Below, piece by piece: positions 30,701-38,515 of a stretch of 64,000 bases of DNA. The stretch covers positions 1,304 through 65,303 of the IMG/VR virus record IMGVR_UViG_3300008107_000072. The stretch is one strand, 5' to 3'. Position 1 is the stretch's first letter; the number at the start of each line of letters is the position of its first letter. A model generated the notes under the pieces. That model was not told the DNA's origin. It searched no databases and saw nothing but the letters and a program-made list of their open reading frames with translations. Both the position numbers and the translations under genes were made by a program. Source of the DNA: a virus. Its lineage: Duplodnaviria; Caudoviricetes.

Positions 30701-32257
30701 GTAAGAACAGAGCAGGGTAAGTTTGCATGGGAGGATTACGTTAAGATAGCAGAGATTACAGGTTCTCCTGTATATCGCACGGTTTCAATGTATTCCGACA
30801 ATTTCCTATACGATTACACTAAAACTCCTGCTGAGCTTCAAAGAGAGCAGAAGATTATGTCTTGGCAGGATATGGCTGTAAAGAAGCAGGCATGGATGGA
30901 AAGGTTTGAGAATGCTTTTGTAAAACTTACTGGTGAAGTATTCGACCATAAGGCTTTTGAAGATGAAAGAGGGACTTACAGAGCCATGTTCTATGAGGCT
31001 GTTCAGAAAGCGTCAAGTGCTGCCGATTCTACTGTTGATAGACAGTTTGGTCTACCTTCATTTGCTAGGCAGCCGCTAAGGACTAATATATTCTTTCCAT
31101 TCATAGGAAGACCTTTAAGGTATCTTATCAATACGTACTGGCCTTCGAAAACGGCTAATAACATCCTTACAATAAGTAAGACAAGTTGGATAGGCACTAT
31201 AACAGGATTCATGCAAGGCTATCCTGCCGTACAGTTCTCTTTATTCAGGAACTACATGAAGCTCGCATTTTCCGGCACAAGTGGCCTATCTACGAAAGAG
31301 AGGGCAGGATATATGACACAAGCGTTAACGGAGTCGTTTATCCCAACATTTGCTTATGCTATGTCTAGGAAGTTCTTTGGTGCATTGTTCGTAGGTGCTG
31401 CAATGGCTGCTAGAAATGCTGCTGGGGATGAAGATGAAGAAAAGAAGATAAGGGAGGATATGGACAATCAAGACTGGTGGAATAGGATGCTTACTTCATT
31501 TAAGTTGCAGTTCAGAGAGACAGAAGATGCGGTTATGGATAATCTAATAAACTCATTAACTGCTAACGTAGTAGACCCTAATACAACCTACTTATTAAGG
31601 ATGGCAGCAGGTCTGGTTATTTTCCAGTACTGGAAGAAAGAGGCGATTATAGCAATGGATAAAAGAGAGATTGAAACGCCTACAGGGAAGAGGATGATGA
31701 CTAAGGAAGAGAGAAAGAAAATGGGTAAGGCTATTAAAGAAAAGGAGAATAGAATATGGGATATGTTTAACGTAAGGCCTTTGGAAATATATGGAGGTAA
31801 AGACTACGAATATGCGTTAACTAAGCGTGACGTATCTTGGGCTGCCGGAAGACAAACACAAGGGTGGGAGGAGCTGTTTGAGTCTATTGGAGGATTTGGA
31901 GAGGTAGCTAAAACAGCTAGGTCTTTTGTAACAATCAAAGAGCTAACGGAGTCTGATAACAAAAATCTAGACAAGAAAGAGCTTTTAGTAGCGTCACTAA
32001 TGAAGGCTTACGCTTTAATATTTTCAAATGTTATGATTGGCGGCAAATACGGATGGGCTGCAAGTATGTTTACAGGTGACGCCAACAAGATAGCTAACAC
32101 GATACTTAAAGACTTAGAAAACGAAAACAGAGAGTTTTTAAAATCTCAAAAGAAAAGAAGTAGCGGAGGAAGCTCAGGTTCTAGAGGCGGTAGAAGGAGA
32201 GGTGGAAGCGGACGCGGTGGTGGCGGCAGAGGTGGTGGAGGAGGAAGAGGTGGATGA
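21725..32257 (+). CDS. Giant virion cargo/polyvalent protein with two zincin motifs, an LPD23-like segment and an RGG tail
   Basis: 3510 aa. HEFGH (~26480), ATGWEKGADNKWRYEI...LLHELQHAIQ..EGF...AGEVEARN (~26975-27390), C-terminal RGG repeats. Confidence 0.85.
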   Translation: MAEQQFPLSQEELNQEEFKPDVANILGYDKDMFNTKDSFGELPKINPQEQIQLFDDVPVGKEQKNALLNLNTISEESLENVSIDADGNYDFATKVDDGTGIMMNQEFEDPILEKKKKELIDDVNKRKDQEIETLKVDADQKVASGELKKSRRDRYIEKNQKEIEKRYKKEAEDGYKNIYKEANENKDKPLVKFKNRLNKYSEGINNLWGVVQKLQAGDVISQEDYISSYSDPEFQSKYLEVKGRGISSINQFKSEYEKGGNVKAGDIYLGYITGNTYLTTDAFKKSSRPVYFEATVDKKGNKTIKSVKPAFVHPVTKQVIGAYVPPQRGSSDVLINPAYTAIAGYSDQIAGIDKDVENGVIDVSEGQRRKDNAKSRRAEYLKNNIEAFDEIMASDKYSKDVKMAVIASMYPNEFKKKYTELLESGDNNIAGSIIGWSIGLPAKVISTVTGAAASGIDNLVQAYLGLDDIEFPMGTLPLELKRNPEIALEMDNVVKSSYNRSSKYLTSIEGLAELTHAAKVNVNNKKIGAAIASAQPFVEELDSVVREINNDKQALDINIKNYSNDLLGIFNKKGYTTALNNAYKLNSELINSKDEDIRNAYRFIRLKQQVLNHDGSADQALSKLSKEDIEFINTVGKDLTQNRIPLLNTVVGKINEVADAFNSAKSLYPTKEVQEYERKNKVKLESDIKSFNDKVTLFTESDVMSSESSSALDIIQNLGMKYDQEAAGNESYTFPSLARIGHQMPKNLLAMTNPATGLVVGMLEGVSDILRSVESTANLVGNIQSLDFDLQKTYISASLNEWKRNLEIKTPDTGNYIYNLSKQIGGALPQMAAFVASFVAGGPIGGASYLTATMTGDKMKEAANAGLDPIEQMLYTGLSIGIEYGSELVTSETGLAGVRGGKSLLTKELLKKIMNVQTRKEALKEYARLVWNTSKNVVKSGALESFEEQVSDKSNYILQNLFNNVFATTFQPSMMGLKESLDNLLTMTATGGIFKLTTAMFNRQVPVEAKMKTRLQEQGMSDNRATLVAGVSSPSGLKSSIDFVNAVESGQISSQDINTEEYEYLKNKLIPQAMRLQTEMFNMSANTNLSIQQRSVALFNMMQMNEVNDRVERGEISAQMGQAEIVQLQDNINKALKDKAFANEQFGLDDTGLAQKIKEYMGVADIAINEEGAMDARTTTPAATQEVAPATDVASSKPAMEARMVEAENDARAAASSATTAANPIANEQQADASVQAEMGMPAQAPSQVAGFEVVNKATLAERLINIVASPIRKNKARGSMEREINKNPEKALSMEIYNTRAQLDMAQDRYDNAISMKPAAPVELAEIKLITDRLNKLVALKDNYAKTIQYATEISQGLQQEIAQRRNLLQPTGTEQGQPQVGQREGGVGQTAQQAADARNRDFVSQAQAAVQEITAVTEKPPILNRYLSGMQPGQEVQLMDEIAAQVVTNEAAAVRQFGQPVVDRVKQYVADTNFTTDLPIVRDAMVRQAEQSVGQAEQEANTVIARQNQNTSKQHKKAVVKLVERLKQAFPNVKVFMDKKGFEAAIQDPAARELMTKGGVVYGRVLNGNVYLNPDFSNYNTPLHEFGHLWLNVAKEASPNIYNRGLELIRDSEYVTRLEGDPLYNGLTKEELEEEALATAIGDRGEQLVLESQKKGFRGWMTRLLRKMAQYVGIMNMSSSELRSLDLDAYLNMVNASLLAGQPLTRESIRASGFQIIGENAQLSKNIINNLGVAKDMEALGKDALNIRIATGWEKGADNKWRYEIIDGTYKRNLFTIIKEATVGLTIGDVYDNKELFRAYPKLKSLPFKVEALKIGDNGYYDGSGIVMNKTLVTDDEFSSRDNIIKSTLLHELQHAIQDIEGFSIGGNEYFKEYTKLAGEVEARNVSKRMNMTLGERRMNLLQETEDVAREDQVLFFNNFASQFMAKMDNSVKNALTRVAQERFNLAIAKGMDLEAARAEAFTKLTEFVIGNYLNKSNYAEILDGLSGIVLNVSESERQRVIEQKKTEKLNQLFRFSEIQAIATMANEEALRLAQGKIKASDAITQVTEKVKAEIEALFAGNKAPAGVSWINAMALAPSIAADAVMAAFPATNRKSLVNEDIVIMTTSQFVRKIISDKIRAIKDVEKRAEKDIKATEKRTEKAIKDAEKATEKAIKATEKSTKKDIKSRTESIIEAVKEIFKQMSDTYGKGLKLSPSKVNAIIAEIDANVFSREDIMSATEEAANAISNIIEKEYRKKLIDESVALLDKLKAKTAKAKYTGDMLNKAMTLLGINTTDWKNSDATLEDISLFNTAINKILAGDVSQFDFAMSKAGDIQVENNTKISSEFDSLMGKMNRMIAKAGNLDTSDYASIAALYNAMIDVKERKGDLSAFTAEQLAKLEQKYSDVIASIPGSLTIAKIVEQKEREITNDLKTKADLLASELISESSDIRMKIKNPLSLHKAMLFSSFILQGDYLDSLDTNGKLALINALDNIIIYGNYNYDAYVQDIKARKYYLKTNTIDAVMNMARRRRTTLASPGHTGLIFNKLKNFLRIFTDVEGTTPSAQLIADNFDLLRLQSMDVELFSGYDDFNMGFLERDIFAPMASGVDGAVNRTQAKLQNLQDAMLLLGDQSNRNVVKKAIKGVREQYGLGSDLNMRRLFAMFKRGSNENMYVEISTRMATIIAHQIDHISNLKEGQQADDMILKRNILDGMAEKEKEGKTMADRYGKLGGLSTLTGKYDDLLDAIAYAALTNNGTETLAGISQEDLLNKLTPSQKKAIVSWREFINGNKDLVESAMIVRGNMKALIKNYFPRMLSSSQDVSSITDYDSYMNSQSENVGLNDGQISSRIGDKGKISLNGNKVLLNNLKALHLLNEMQPYVDQIKAVGEAVEELKTLASKETNEEKKREYNFAAAYAEGISITIKNRLDNSLLNGDKSLNNSYNFAAKAIGVTQKFAAKLWLVGTIRQVLSDYPANIIKTSAALASANKSAKRAPSLQAWRLLFPSKSAVRTEQGKFAWEDYVKIAEITGSPVYRTVSMYSDNFLYDYTKTPAELQREQKIMSWQDMAVKKQAWMERFENAFVKLTGEVFDHKAFEDERGTYRAMFYEAVQKASSAADSTVDRQFGLPSFARQPLRTNIFFPFIGRPLRYLINTYWPSKTANNILTISKTSWIGTITGFMQGYPAVQFSLFRNYMKLAFSGTSGLSTKERAGYMTQALTESFIPTFAYAMSRKFFGALFVGAAMAARNAAGDEDEEKKIREDMDNQDWWNRMLTSFKLQFRETEDAVMDNLINSLTANVVDPNTTYLLRMAAGLVIFQYWKKEAIIAMDKREIETPTGKRMMTKEERKKMGKAIKEKENRIWDMFNVRPLEIYGGKDYEYALTKRDVSWAAGRQTQGWEELFESIGGFGEVAKTARSFVTIKELTESDNKNLDKKELLVASLMKAYALIFSNVMIGGKYGWAASMFTGDANKIANTILKDLENENREFLKSQKKRSSGGSSGSRGGRRRGGSGRGGGGRGGGGGRGG
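25776..25970 (+). CDS. Overprinted small basic protein nested in the giant gene (different frame)
   Basis: MPLKSAKGSSKK...ISYNLREL...GKPRSKQQMLAIAISSAK resembles the 'MPLKKG.S..AIS.NI.E....KP.KQAVAIALS' small phage proteins; A-rich leader TAAAACAATACAAT-ATG. Confidence 0.65.
   Translation: MPLKSAKGSSKKSLNDAISYNLRELSKDNLKSGKEKGASGKPRSKQQMLAIAISSAKRKPQSKK
28094..28231 (+). repeat. 33-bp (11-aa) coding tandem repeat, about 4 copies
   Basis: IKDVEKRAEKD / IKATEKRTEKA / IKDAEKATEKA / IKATEKSTKKD. Confidence 0.85.
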
Positions 32258-32290
32258 AGATAAATTCGTCTATAAAGTGTTGACATAAAT

Positions 32291-32313
32291 AGCCCCGTTT
32301 TTATACGGGGTTT
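32291..32313 (+). terminator. Terminator-like hairpin
   Basis: AGCCCCGT-TTTTAT-ACGGGGTTT after the giant gene. Confidence 0.7.
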
Positions 32314-32316
32314 ATT

Positions 32317-32324
32317 TATTTTTG
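32317..32324 (+). promoter_or_regulatory. TAnnTTTG promoter element
   Basis: TATTTTTG 15 nt before ATG 32340. Confidence 0.55.
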
Positions 32325-32339
32325 TTAAAAACAAGGACG

Positions 32340-32852
32340 ATGCCAATTACAGCGTCATTTACAGCTTCACAAGGTTCAGATTGCAGTACATTTCAAATAA
32401 CTGACACAACCAACTACGAATCCCCTGAGACTAAGTCAGAGATGACAAATCGTTATCTGTACCTGTACAATGCAGATGGAACCCTTTACAAGACGGTTAA
32501 CTTCGCATACGCTACATATCCTACAGATGTAATTACTATTACAGGAATAGATAAGGATTATGCTTTTAAAATAAACATGGAGATTACTCCTGTAACTCCT
32601 GTAGTAGGCAGTGTTTATACAGCAAGTAGAGTAGTGTCGCTAACTTGCTATTCTAAGGTAGCTTTCTTTGAGCGTCAAAATAAAATGGTCATTGAGCCAT
32701 CTCTTCTAGATAATACAGCATACTTAAAAGATAGCATGAAGATAGTGCTGGATATAGAGGCGGCTAATAATGCTGCTGTAGACTCAGACGTATTAAATGC
32801 TCAGAACGCTATTGACAGAATAAAATTCATCACCGATAACGACGGATTATAA
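32340..32852 (+). CDS. Structural protein (tail hub-like)
   Basis: Start moved to ATG 32340 (MPITASF); first gene of the tail-fibre operon. Confidence 0.6.
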   Translation: MPITASFTASQGSDCSTFQITDTTNYESPETKSEMTNRYLYLYNADGTLYKTVNFAYATYPTDVITITGIDKDYAFKINMEITPVTPVVGSVYTASRVVSLTCYSKVAFFERQNKMVIEPSLLDNTAYLKDSMKIVLDIEAANNAAVDSDVLNAQNAIDRIKFITDNDGL

Positions 32853-33421
32853 TGCCTAAGTATAGCCAAACCGAGATAGAGCTATGGATTAGTAGGGCTA
32901 ATAAAACGCTCTATAAGCTAGGAACTAAATCCACAGATGAGAGATTCTTCGAGGAGGATAGCTCATATGAGGATGAGAAGGTTTTAATATACTGTCTTAA
33001 AAAGGCTGTTTCTTGGATGTATACATCTCCTGCTGTAACTGCTAAAGATTTAGCAGCTGTAGTTTCTTTACTTATAAGCAGGATAACTATGTATGATTTC
33101 GGGAAGCAAGTTCCCATGTATAATACAGGCAGCAATGTATATGTAGGATTAAATGCAGACTACATAGGCGTTCCTGTATCCCCTAGCACTCCAGGAAGCG
33201 GTAGTACTCCTCCTGACGACATTACTCTTGTTGGTGGCGTAGATATAACTCCAGGGGTTACGTCTTTCACTGACGTTAGAATGGAGAATGAATTTAGATA
33301 TAGGGTTGTTAGAAATAGCATCAATTTCTATGACTGGTACAGGAGTGGAGATTCCATCTTTCTTACAGGTATAGGAGATGCTGTTATAGCAGGAGATGTT
33401 TTTGTAATACAATTTTATTGA
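32852..33421 (+). CDS. Hypothetical structural protein
   Basis: 189 aa, TAATG-coupled. Confidence 0.6.
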   Translation: MPKYSQTEIELWISRANKTLYKLGTKSTDERFFEEDSSYEDEKVLIYCLKKAVSWMYTSPAVTAKDLAAVVSLLISRITMYDFGKQVPMYNTGSNVYVGLNADYIGVPVSPSTPGSGSTPPDDITLVGGVDITPGVTSFTDVRMENEFRYRVVRNSINFYDWYRSGDSIFLTGIGDAVIAGDVFVIQFY

Positions 33422-33422
33422 T

Positions 33423-35864
33423 ATGAGGTTTTATTTATCTTTCTTATTGGTATTTATTTGCGTATTTGCTACTGCTCAAGTTCCTCCTATGGCAATAGGC
33501 GGCTCTCAGGGTATTGATGTGAGTCGTGTTTTAATACGTAATTGGATGAGCGTTCCATTATACGTAGATACTCCTTCTTCACCATTAACGGGTTCAGGGT
33601 GGCCTGGCAGAGGATATTTAATATTAGTAACTAAGCCTGATACGTGTATAGCAGGCAATGATTGTCCTCCTAAAGATACTTCTTTATGGGAGTATACTGG
33701 ACAGAGATGGAAGCGTGTTGGAATGGATTATCTAACAAAGCTAATATTTGGTGGTAATGTAACTCAAAACAATTCGTTTGCAAGACAGCATATTGTATCT
33801 TCTTACGGAGCTTTTATTAATGGAGGATACTATCGTCAGCCATCGGCAGTCGCTGTTACAGCAGACCCAAAAGCAGCTGATAGTACGTCAAGGATAGATG
33901 TTATTGTTATTACAAAAACGGGTCCTGTTATCAGAAAGGGGCAGGCAAGGGTTATTCCTTTTAAACCTAAGGTAGCTGGCGATGAAATAGAATTGAGTAC
34001 GATATACTTTAGGTCATTTGATACTGTTCCAAGATTTATACCATCAACGGCTACTGGTGTCACAAATCTATTCAGAGTTCCCGGAAAAGATAGCATCTAC
34101 TTCAGTATAGACACAAGTACATTAGCTATAAAGGATAGCGTAGGTATTTCTACAGCTACCAATGGTCTTAGTTATTTAGGTAAGAACGTTAAGCTAGGAG
34201 GTTCTCTAATTGAGAACACAAACATTAATCTGTCAAGTCAAAGCTTAAATGTATTGTCTGGAGCAGATACGGCAAGATTTGTAGATAATGGAGGGCTTAA
34301 TTTAATTGTAAAGGGGGCTAGTAATAGCCAAGCGGTAATAAATCAATACTATATATCTTCTGCAAATACATCAACTGGAAGGTCTGCATATTTAGAATCA
34401 AGCGGAAGTCTTGGATTGAACAATGGGACTTACGATTCTTACTTGGATAACTTAGGAGTTACTAACCCATTGGTTACATTGAGATTCCCAAACAAGCCAT
34501 CTGGAGACTACATAATAGCAACTACATCTGACCTTTCAGCCGCTAATGGTCTTACAAAAGACAGTACTGTATTTAGGTTGGGAGGCTCTTTGAATCAGAA
34601 TACGAATATTGATTTATCAACTAGAAGACTAAGCATATTGTCAGGCTCTGACACTTCAAGATTCTTTGCTAACGGAAGTTTTAGTTTAGGTGCTACTCCA
34701 TCGGATAGCACTTATCGCTTTAATGTGAACGGAGGCGCTAAAATGGATTCTTTAGTGGTTGATAGTTTGTATGCTAAGTTTGGAAGATATTTAGGTGATG
34801 GTTCTACTCCTTTTGCTCCTATTGAGTTTAGAGCCACCTCAGGCAACAGAGCAAGGATAGATTTAAGACCTGCTAGCAATGGTGGATGGAACTCAAACTG
34901 GTATGGTGCTATCACGCATAACGGAACCGAAACAGATATTTTATCAGCCAACTACGGAAGCCTTTATTTAGGCGCTTCTTTTTGGACAGCAAGTAGTGGC
35001 ATATACCTTGGGAATACAAGAAACAACCCTTCAATGTACATTAGGAACAATAACAATGTACTAATTGGAGATACTGTTAATACTAGGTTTAGGTTAGACG
35101 TAAATGGGATAGCAAGGGTTAGGGATACACTTACATTATCTACTACTCCTGTAACAGCCGATACTTCTGCTAATGACTTATTGGTAATTAACTCATCCAA
35201 TGGTCAGGTAAGAAGATTTACAGGTGCCTTCCCAGGTTGGATTCCTACCTTAGAGCAGGTTACAACAGCCGGAAACACTACAACAGATAGCTTAAATATT
35301 AAAACACCTTTAGGTAAAACAGCAGTATCTATAACCAGCTTTGATTTTGCAGGAGCTGAAAATACAAGTGGACAAATTATTTTTCGCAATACATTTGATA
35401 GCTCAAGATTAAAAATTAATGAATTAGGATTTGATAAATATTTTACGCCTACATCTTTATCAAAAGAAATTAGATTTAATAATATCCGTGACCAATATAG
35501 TCAAATTAGCTTTCCTGATTCATCTGGAACTTTAGCACAAAGAGTTAAAGCAAATGGAGTAACTTATAGTGCAGGTTTCAACGGAGTTGTAGATATTGGA
35601 GATTACTGGCTATCAGGTTCTGCTACTCTTGACTTTCCAAATACAGGACACGGAAACTCAGCAGACCTTACATTTACGCTTACAGGAGCTGCCGAAGGAG
35701 ACGTAGTTGCATTAGGAATACCTAACGCGTCTATAGTAGCAAATGGGTCTTTTATAGCATGGGTAAGTGCTACTAACACGGTAACAGTAAGGTTTAATAA
35801 CTACGCTAGTAGTGGCAGTTCTGACCCAGCAAGTGGAACATTTAAAATTAAAGTACTTAAATAA
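33423..35864 (+). CDS. Tail-fibre-like protein with an N-terminal Sec signal peptide
   Basis: MRFYLSFLLVFICVFATA|Q; duplicated A.NGL....V.LGGSL..NTNI.LS; C-terminal SATLDFP...TVTVRF domain. Confidence 0.7.
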   Translation: MRFYLSFLLVFICVFATAQVPPMAIGGSQGIDVSRVLIRNWMSVPLYVDTPSSPLTGSGWPGRGYLILVTKPDTCIAGNDCPPKDTSLWEYTGQRWKRVGMDYLTKLIFGGNVTQNNSFARQHIVSSYGAFINGGYYRQPSAVAVTADPKAADSTSRIDVIVITKTGPVIRKGQARVIPFKPKVAGDEIELSTIYFRSFDTVPRFIPSTATGVTNLFRVPGKDSIYFSIDTSTLAIKDSVGISTATNGLSYLGKNVKLGGSLIENTNINLSSQSLNVLSGADTARFVDNGGLNLIVKGASNSQAVINQYYISSANTSTGRSAYLESSGSLGLNNGTYDSYLDNLGVTNPLVTLRFPNKPSGDYIIATTSDLSAANGLTKDSTVFRLGGSLNQNTNIDLSTRRLSILSGSDTSRFFANGSFSLGATPSDSTYRFNVNGGAKMDSLVVDSLYAKFGRYLGDGSTPFAPIEFRATSGNRARIDLRPASNGGWNSNWYGAITHNGTETDILSANYGSLYLGASFWTASSGIYLGNTRNNPSMYIRNNNNVLIGDTVNTRFRLDVNGIARVRDTLTLSTTPVTADTSANDLLVINSSNGQVRRFTGAFPGWIPTLEQVTTAGNTTTDSLNIKTPLGKTAVSITSFDFAGAENTSGQIIFRNTFDSSRLKINELGFDKYFTPTSLSKEIRFNNIRDQYSQISFPDSSGTLAQRVKANGVTYSAGFNGVVDIGDYWLSGSATLDFPNTGHGNSADLTFTLTGAAEGDVVALGIPNASIVANGSFIAWVSATNTVTVRFNNYASSGSSDPASGTFKIKVLK

Positions 35865-35865
35865 T

Positions 35866-36243
35866 ATGGCAAATTGTAACGATACAACAAGCAGTAAACC
35901 GACAGAGGTTTCAAACGTAATAAAGGCAGACGTGAACTTTACGGTACTGAAAGGAGATACTTTTGATGCTGTTGTAAGTTTTAAGGATTCGGAAGGCAAG
36001 CCTCTTAACTTCGTAGGCGCTACTCTAGTTATGGATATAAGAAACGATTCTGATTCGCTAATGGTTACGCTTCAAGATGGAGCAGAATTTACCGTCGCAT
36101 CAAATATCGTTACTTTTAACTACGTTACATCATTAGCTACTGGAACGTATTTCTACGACCTTCAATGTACTTTTTCAAATGGATTGATAAAAACATTAAT
36201 AGGAGGAAAATTTAAAGTTCAAAAAGATATAACTATCCCTTAA
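35866..36243 (+). CDS. BppU-like (baseplate upper N-terminal-like) domain protein
   Basis: GDTF...F.D..G.PLN..GAT..M.IR...G.Y.YDLQ.....G..KTLI.G.F.V..DIT. Start moved to ATG 35866. Confidence 0.65.
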   Translation: MANCNDTTSSKPTEVSNVIKADVNFTVLKGDTFDAVVSFKDSEGKPLNFVGATLVMDIRNDSDSLMVTLQDGAEFTVASNIVTFNYVTSLATGTYFYDLQCTFSNGLIKTLIGGKFKVQKDITIP

Positions 36244-37070
36244 TGGCATCAGTAGAAATAATAGGACAGCAACCCCTTGTAGAAGTAAGCTCAAAAGAGC
36301 CTGCTGAAGTAATCATATCAGGAGGTTCTAAGGTTCGTATGAATGTTGTCGTATCTAGCAATGAACCTACAAGTGTTTCTATTACAGCTTCTCAGGGTAT
36401 TCAAGGGCCTCCAGGTGAAGATGGTGTTATAGGTGTTGATGGTAAGAGTGCTTATGAGATATGGTTGGATGATGGGAATACAGGTACTGAGCAGGACTTT
36501 TTAGATTCTCTTGTTGGTGCTCAAGGTCCTCAAGGCATTCAGGGGATACAAGGTATCCAAGGGATACAGGGCATACAGGGTATTCAAGGTGTCAAAGGAG
36601 ACAAGGGTGACAAAGGTGACAATGGTGTGGCTATTGACTTTATACAGAATACAACTCCTACAGGAACAGGTACAAGCTCAATCCCTTCCGGGGCTTTGTG
36701 GTTTCATACAGATAGCGGTATTCAGTACACTTATTTTAATGATGGCAACACTTATCAATGGGTACAGGAAACATTGCCTTTAGGTCCGCAAGGTCCTCAA
36801 GGCGCAAACGGTACCAATACTGTCAATGGCTCAACAGCTACAACTTTCACAGGATTACTGAAGGGGAACGGTTCGGTTATCAGCGCAACTACTGTGCTTA
36901 CTGAAATCGGTTTCACTCCTGAAAATGTGGCGAACAAAGAGAATTCAACTTTAGATACATCGTCTACAAAGTATCCTACAAATAACCTTGTAAAGACAAG
37001 TCTGGATAACTTTGCTGATGATGTGGATTATGCAATAATGACAAATCAAAGAATACTATTTAATTTTTAA
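36243..37070 (+). CDS. Collagen-like tail fibre protein
   Basis: GKSAYEIW...G.TGTEQDFL.SL, (GIQ)n and GDK repeats, FTPENVANK motif. Confidence 0.8.
   Translation: MASVEIIGQQPLVEVSSKEPAEVIISGGSKVRMNVVVSSNEPTSVSITASQGIQGPPGEDGVIGVDGKSAYEIWLDDGNTGTEQDFLDSLVGAQGPQGIQGIQGIQGIQGIQGIQGVKGDKGDKGDNGVAIDFIQNTTPTGTGTSSIPSGALWFHTDSGIQYTYFNDGNTYQWVQETLPLGPQGPQGANGTNTVNGSTATTFTGLLKGNGSVISATTVLTEIGFTPENVANKENSTLDTSSTKYPTNNLVKTSLDNFADDVDYAIMTNQRILFNF
36516..36620 (+). repeat. Gly-X-Y collagen repeat (9-bp period)
   Basis: GAQGPQGIQGIQGIQGIQGIQGIQGVKGDKGDKGD. Confidence 0.85.
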
Positions 37071-37074
37071 TATT

Positions 37075-37533
37075 ATGAGTTTACCAGCAGGAAGTTTAGT
37101 AAGAGTTGCCAATCAGCCCAATGGTGGTGTTGCGGTGCTTACAGGTACAACGATTGGTACTTTAGGAAGCAATACAAACGGAACTACTATTGAGACAGCA
37201 GGAACGTATGGTACAAGGGTAATAAGCCTTACAGCCACAACAAATGATACTGTTACTATTAACGTATTTGTTTACATTTTAAGAGGTGGTAGTACTGTTA
37301 TTCCTTTGGGACTTGTGAACGTACCTGTTTCAAGTGGTAACACGAACGCTGCAAGGTTTGCTGTGGATTTTCTGAATGGTACGAACATTCCAGGTCTTCC
37401 TTTGGACAATACAGGAAGGCAATACATCCCTCTTTTAGGTGGTGATGTACTTAGAGCAACAACTTTAGCAAACCTTTCAGGAGGTACTTCTTGCTTTATT
37501 CAGGCTTCAGGATTAGATTACTTAGCTCCTTAA
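37075..37533 (+). CDS. Tail-associated protein
   Basis: 152-aa beta-rich ORF in the fibre cluster. Confidence 0.6.
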   Translation: MSLPAGSLVRVANQPNGGVAVLTGTTIGTLGSNTNGTTIETAGTYGTRVISLTATTNDTVTINVFVYILRGGSTVIPLGLVNVPVSSGNTNAARFAVDFLNGTNIPGLPLDNTGRQYIPLLGGDVLRATTLANLSGGTSCFIQASGLDYLAP

Positions 37534-37545
37534 TTGATATAGATT

Positions 37546-37962
37546 ATGAATGGAACAGCAAATGGCTTATATGGTGGTGACTTACCGAATCAGATTAACA
37601 CTCCGTGGATAGACTTCTCGGAGCAGTCTACTATTGTTGGTTGGAGTAGTTTTACAACAAAAAGAATTTTATATAAACAATTAGGTAATATTGTTTTTGT
37701 AAGCATTATCCTTTCAGGTACTTCTAATTCTACGACAGCAACTTTTACTTTGCCTTTTACACCAACAGCAGGAACATCAGCACCTATTTCATTTACAAAT
37801 GATAATGGAGCTTCAACTATTGGCGGATATGTTGCAACACAAGCAAATACAAATATATTTTTAACAAGAAGACCAACATCTCAGACAAATATAAATATTT
37901 CAACAACTTGGACTGCCTCTGGAACAAAAGAGATAGTAGGTAATTTTTTCTTTTTAATTTAA
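37546..37962 (+). CDS. Tail fibre tip-like domain protein
   Basis: Y...GN.VFV...L.GTS...FTLPFTP receptor-binding-type motif. Confidence 0.6.
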   Translation: MNGTANGLYGGDLPNQINTPWIDFSEQSTIVGWSSFTTKRILYKQLGNIVFVSIILSGTSNSTTATFTLPFTPTAGTSAPISFTNDNGASTIGGYVATQANTNIFLTRRPTSQTNINISTTWTASGTKEIVGNFFFLI

Positions 37963-37972
37963 TACAAACATT

Positions 37973-38515
37973 ATGACATACAATTTTGACTTTAACATTG
38001 AAAAGGATGGCAGTCCTTACCTGATAAGCGATAAGGCAGCTAAATACATCAGCGATATTCTTTATACAAGAGTGTCCTCTGATAAGCCTCTTTTAGAATC
38101 AAGAGTAGCTGAAGAGCTTGCTGATACATCAGAAACAACTCTGTCTGAAGATGAAAGAGTGTACATCCTTAACATCCTTCTTTCTTTAGGAATAGACAAC
38201 TATGCTAAGGGTAAACTTGTTCATCCGCTTGTACAGGATGTGGTGAACGGTGTTCCTGTAAGAGTTACAAGGTGGCAGTTAAGAGCGCAGCTTGCTATTC
38301 AGAACCTTGAGGCAAACGTAACAGCTGCTATAAATGCACTTCCTGACAGCACACAAGAGGAGCAGGAATTTAAGATTAAGGCTCAATATGCTTGGGATTA
38401 TTCTAACAACATTGAAAGAAATAGTCCAACAGTGGCAATGATACAAGCTGTATTAAGTCTAACTAATCAAGAGGTGGATGACATATTTGTTAACGCTTAT
38501 TCAATAGATATTTAA
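37973..38515 (+). CDS. Tail fibre assembly/chaperone-like protein
   Basis: VP..VTRWQLR..L...W.Y....ER.SP.V......L.L....VD..F..A motif. Confidence 0.6.
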   Translation: MTYNFDFNIEKDGSPYLISDKAAKYISDILYTRVSSDKPLLESRVAEELADTSETTLSEDERVYILNILLSLGIDNYAKGKLVHPLVQDVVNGVPVRVTRWQLRAQLAIQNLEANVTAAINALPDSTQEEQEFKIKAQYAWDYSNNIERNSPTVAMIQAVLSLTNQEVDDIFVNAYSIDI

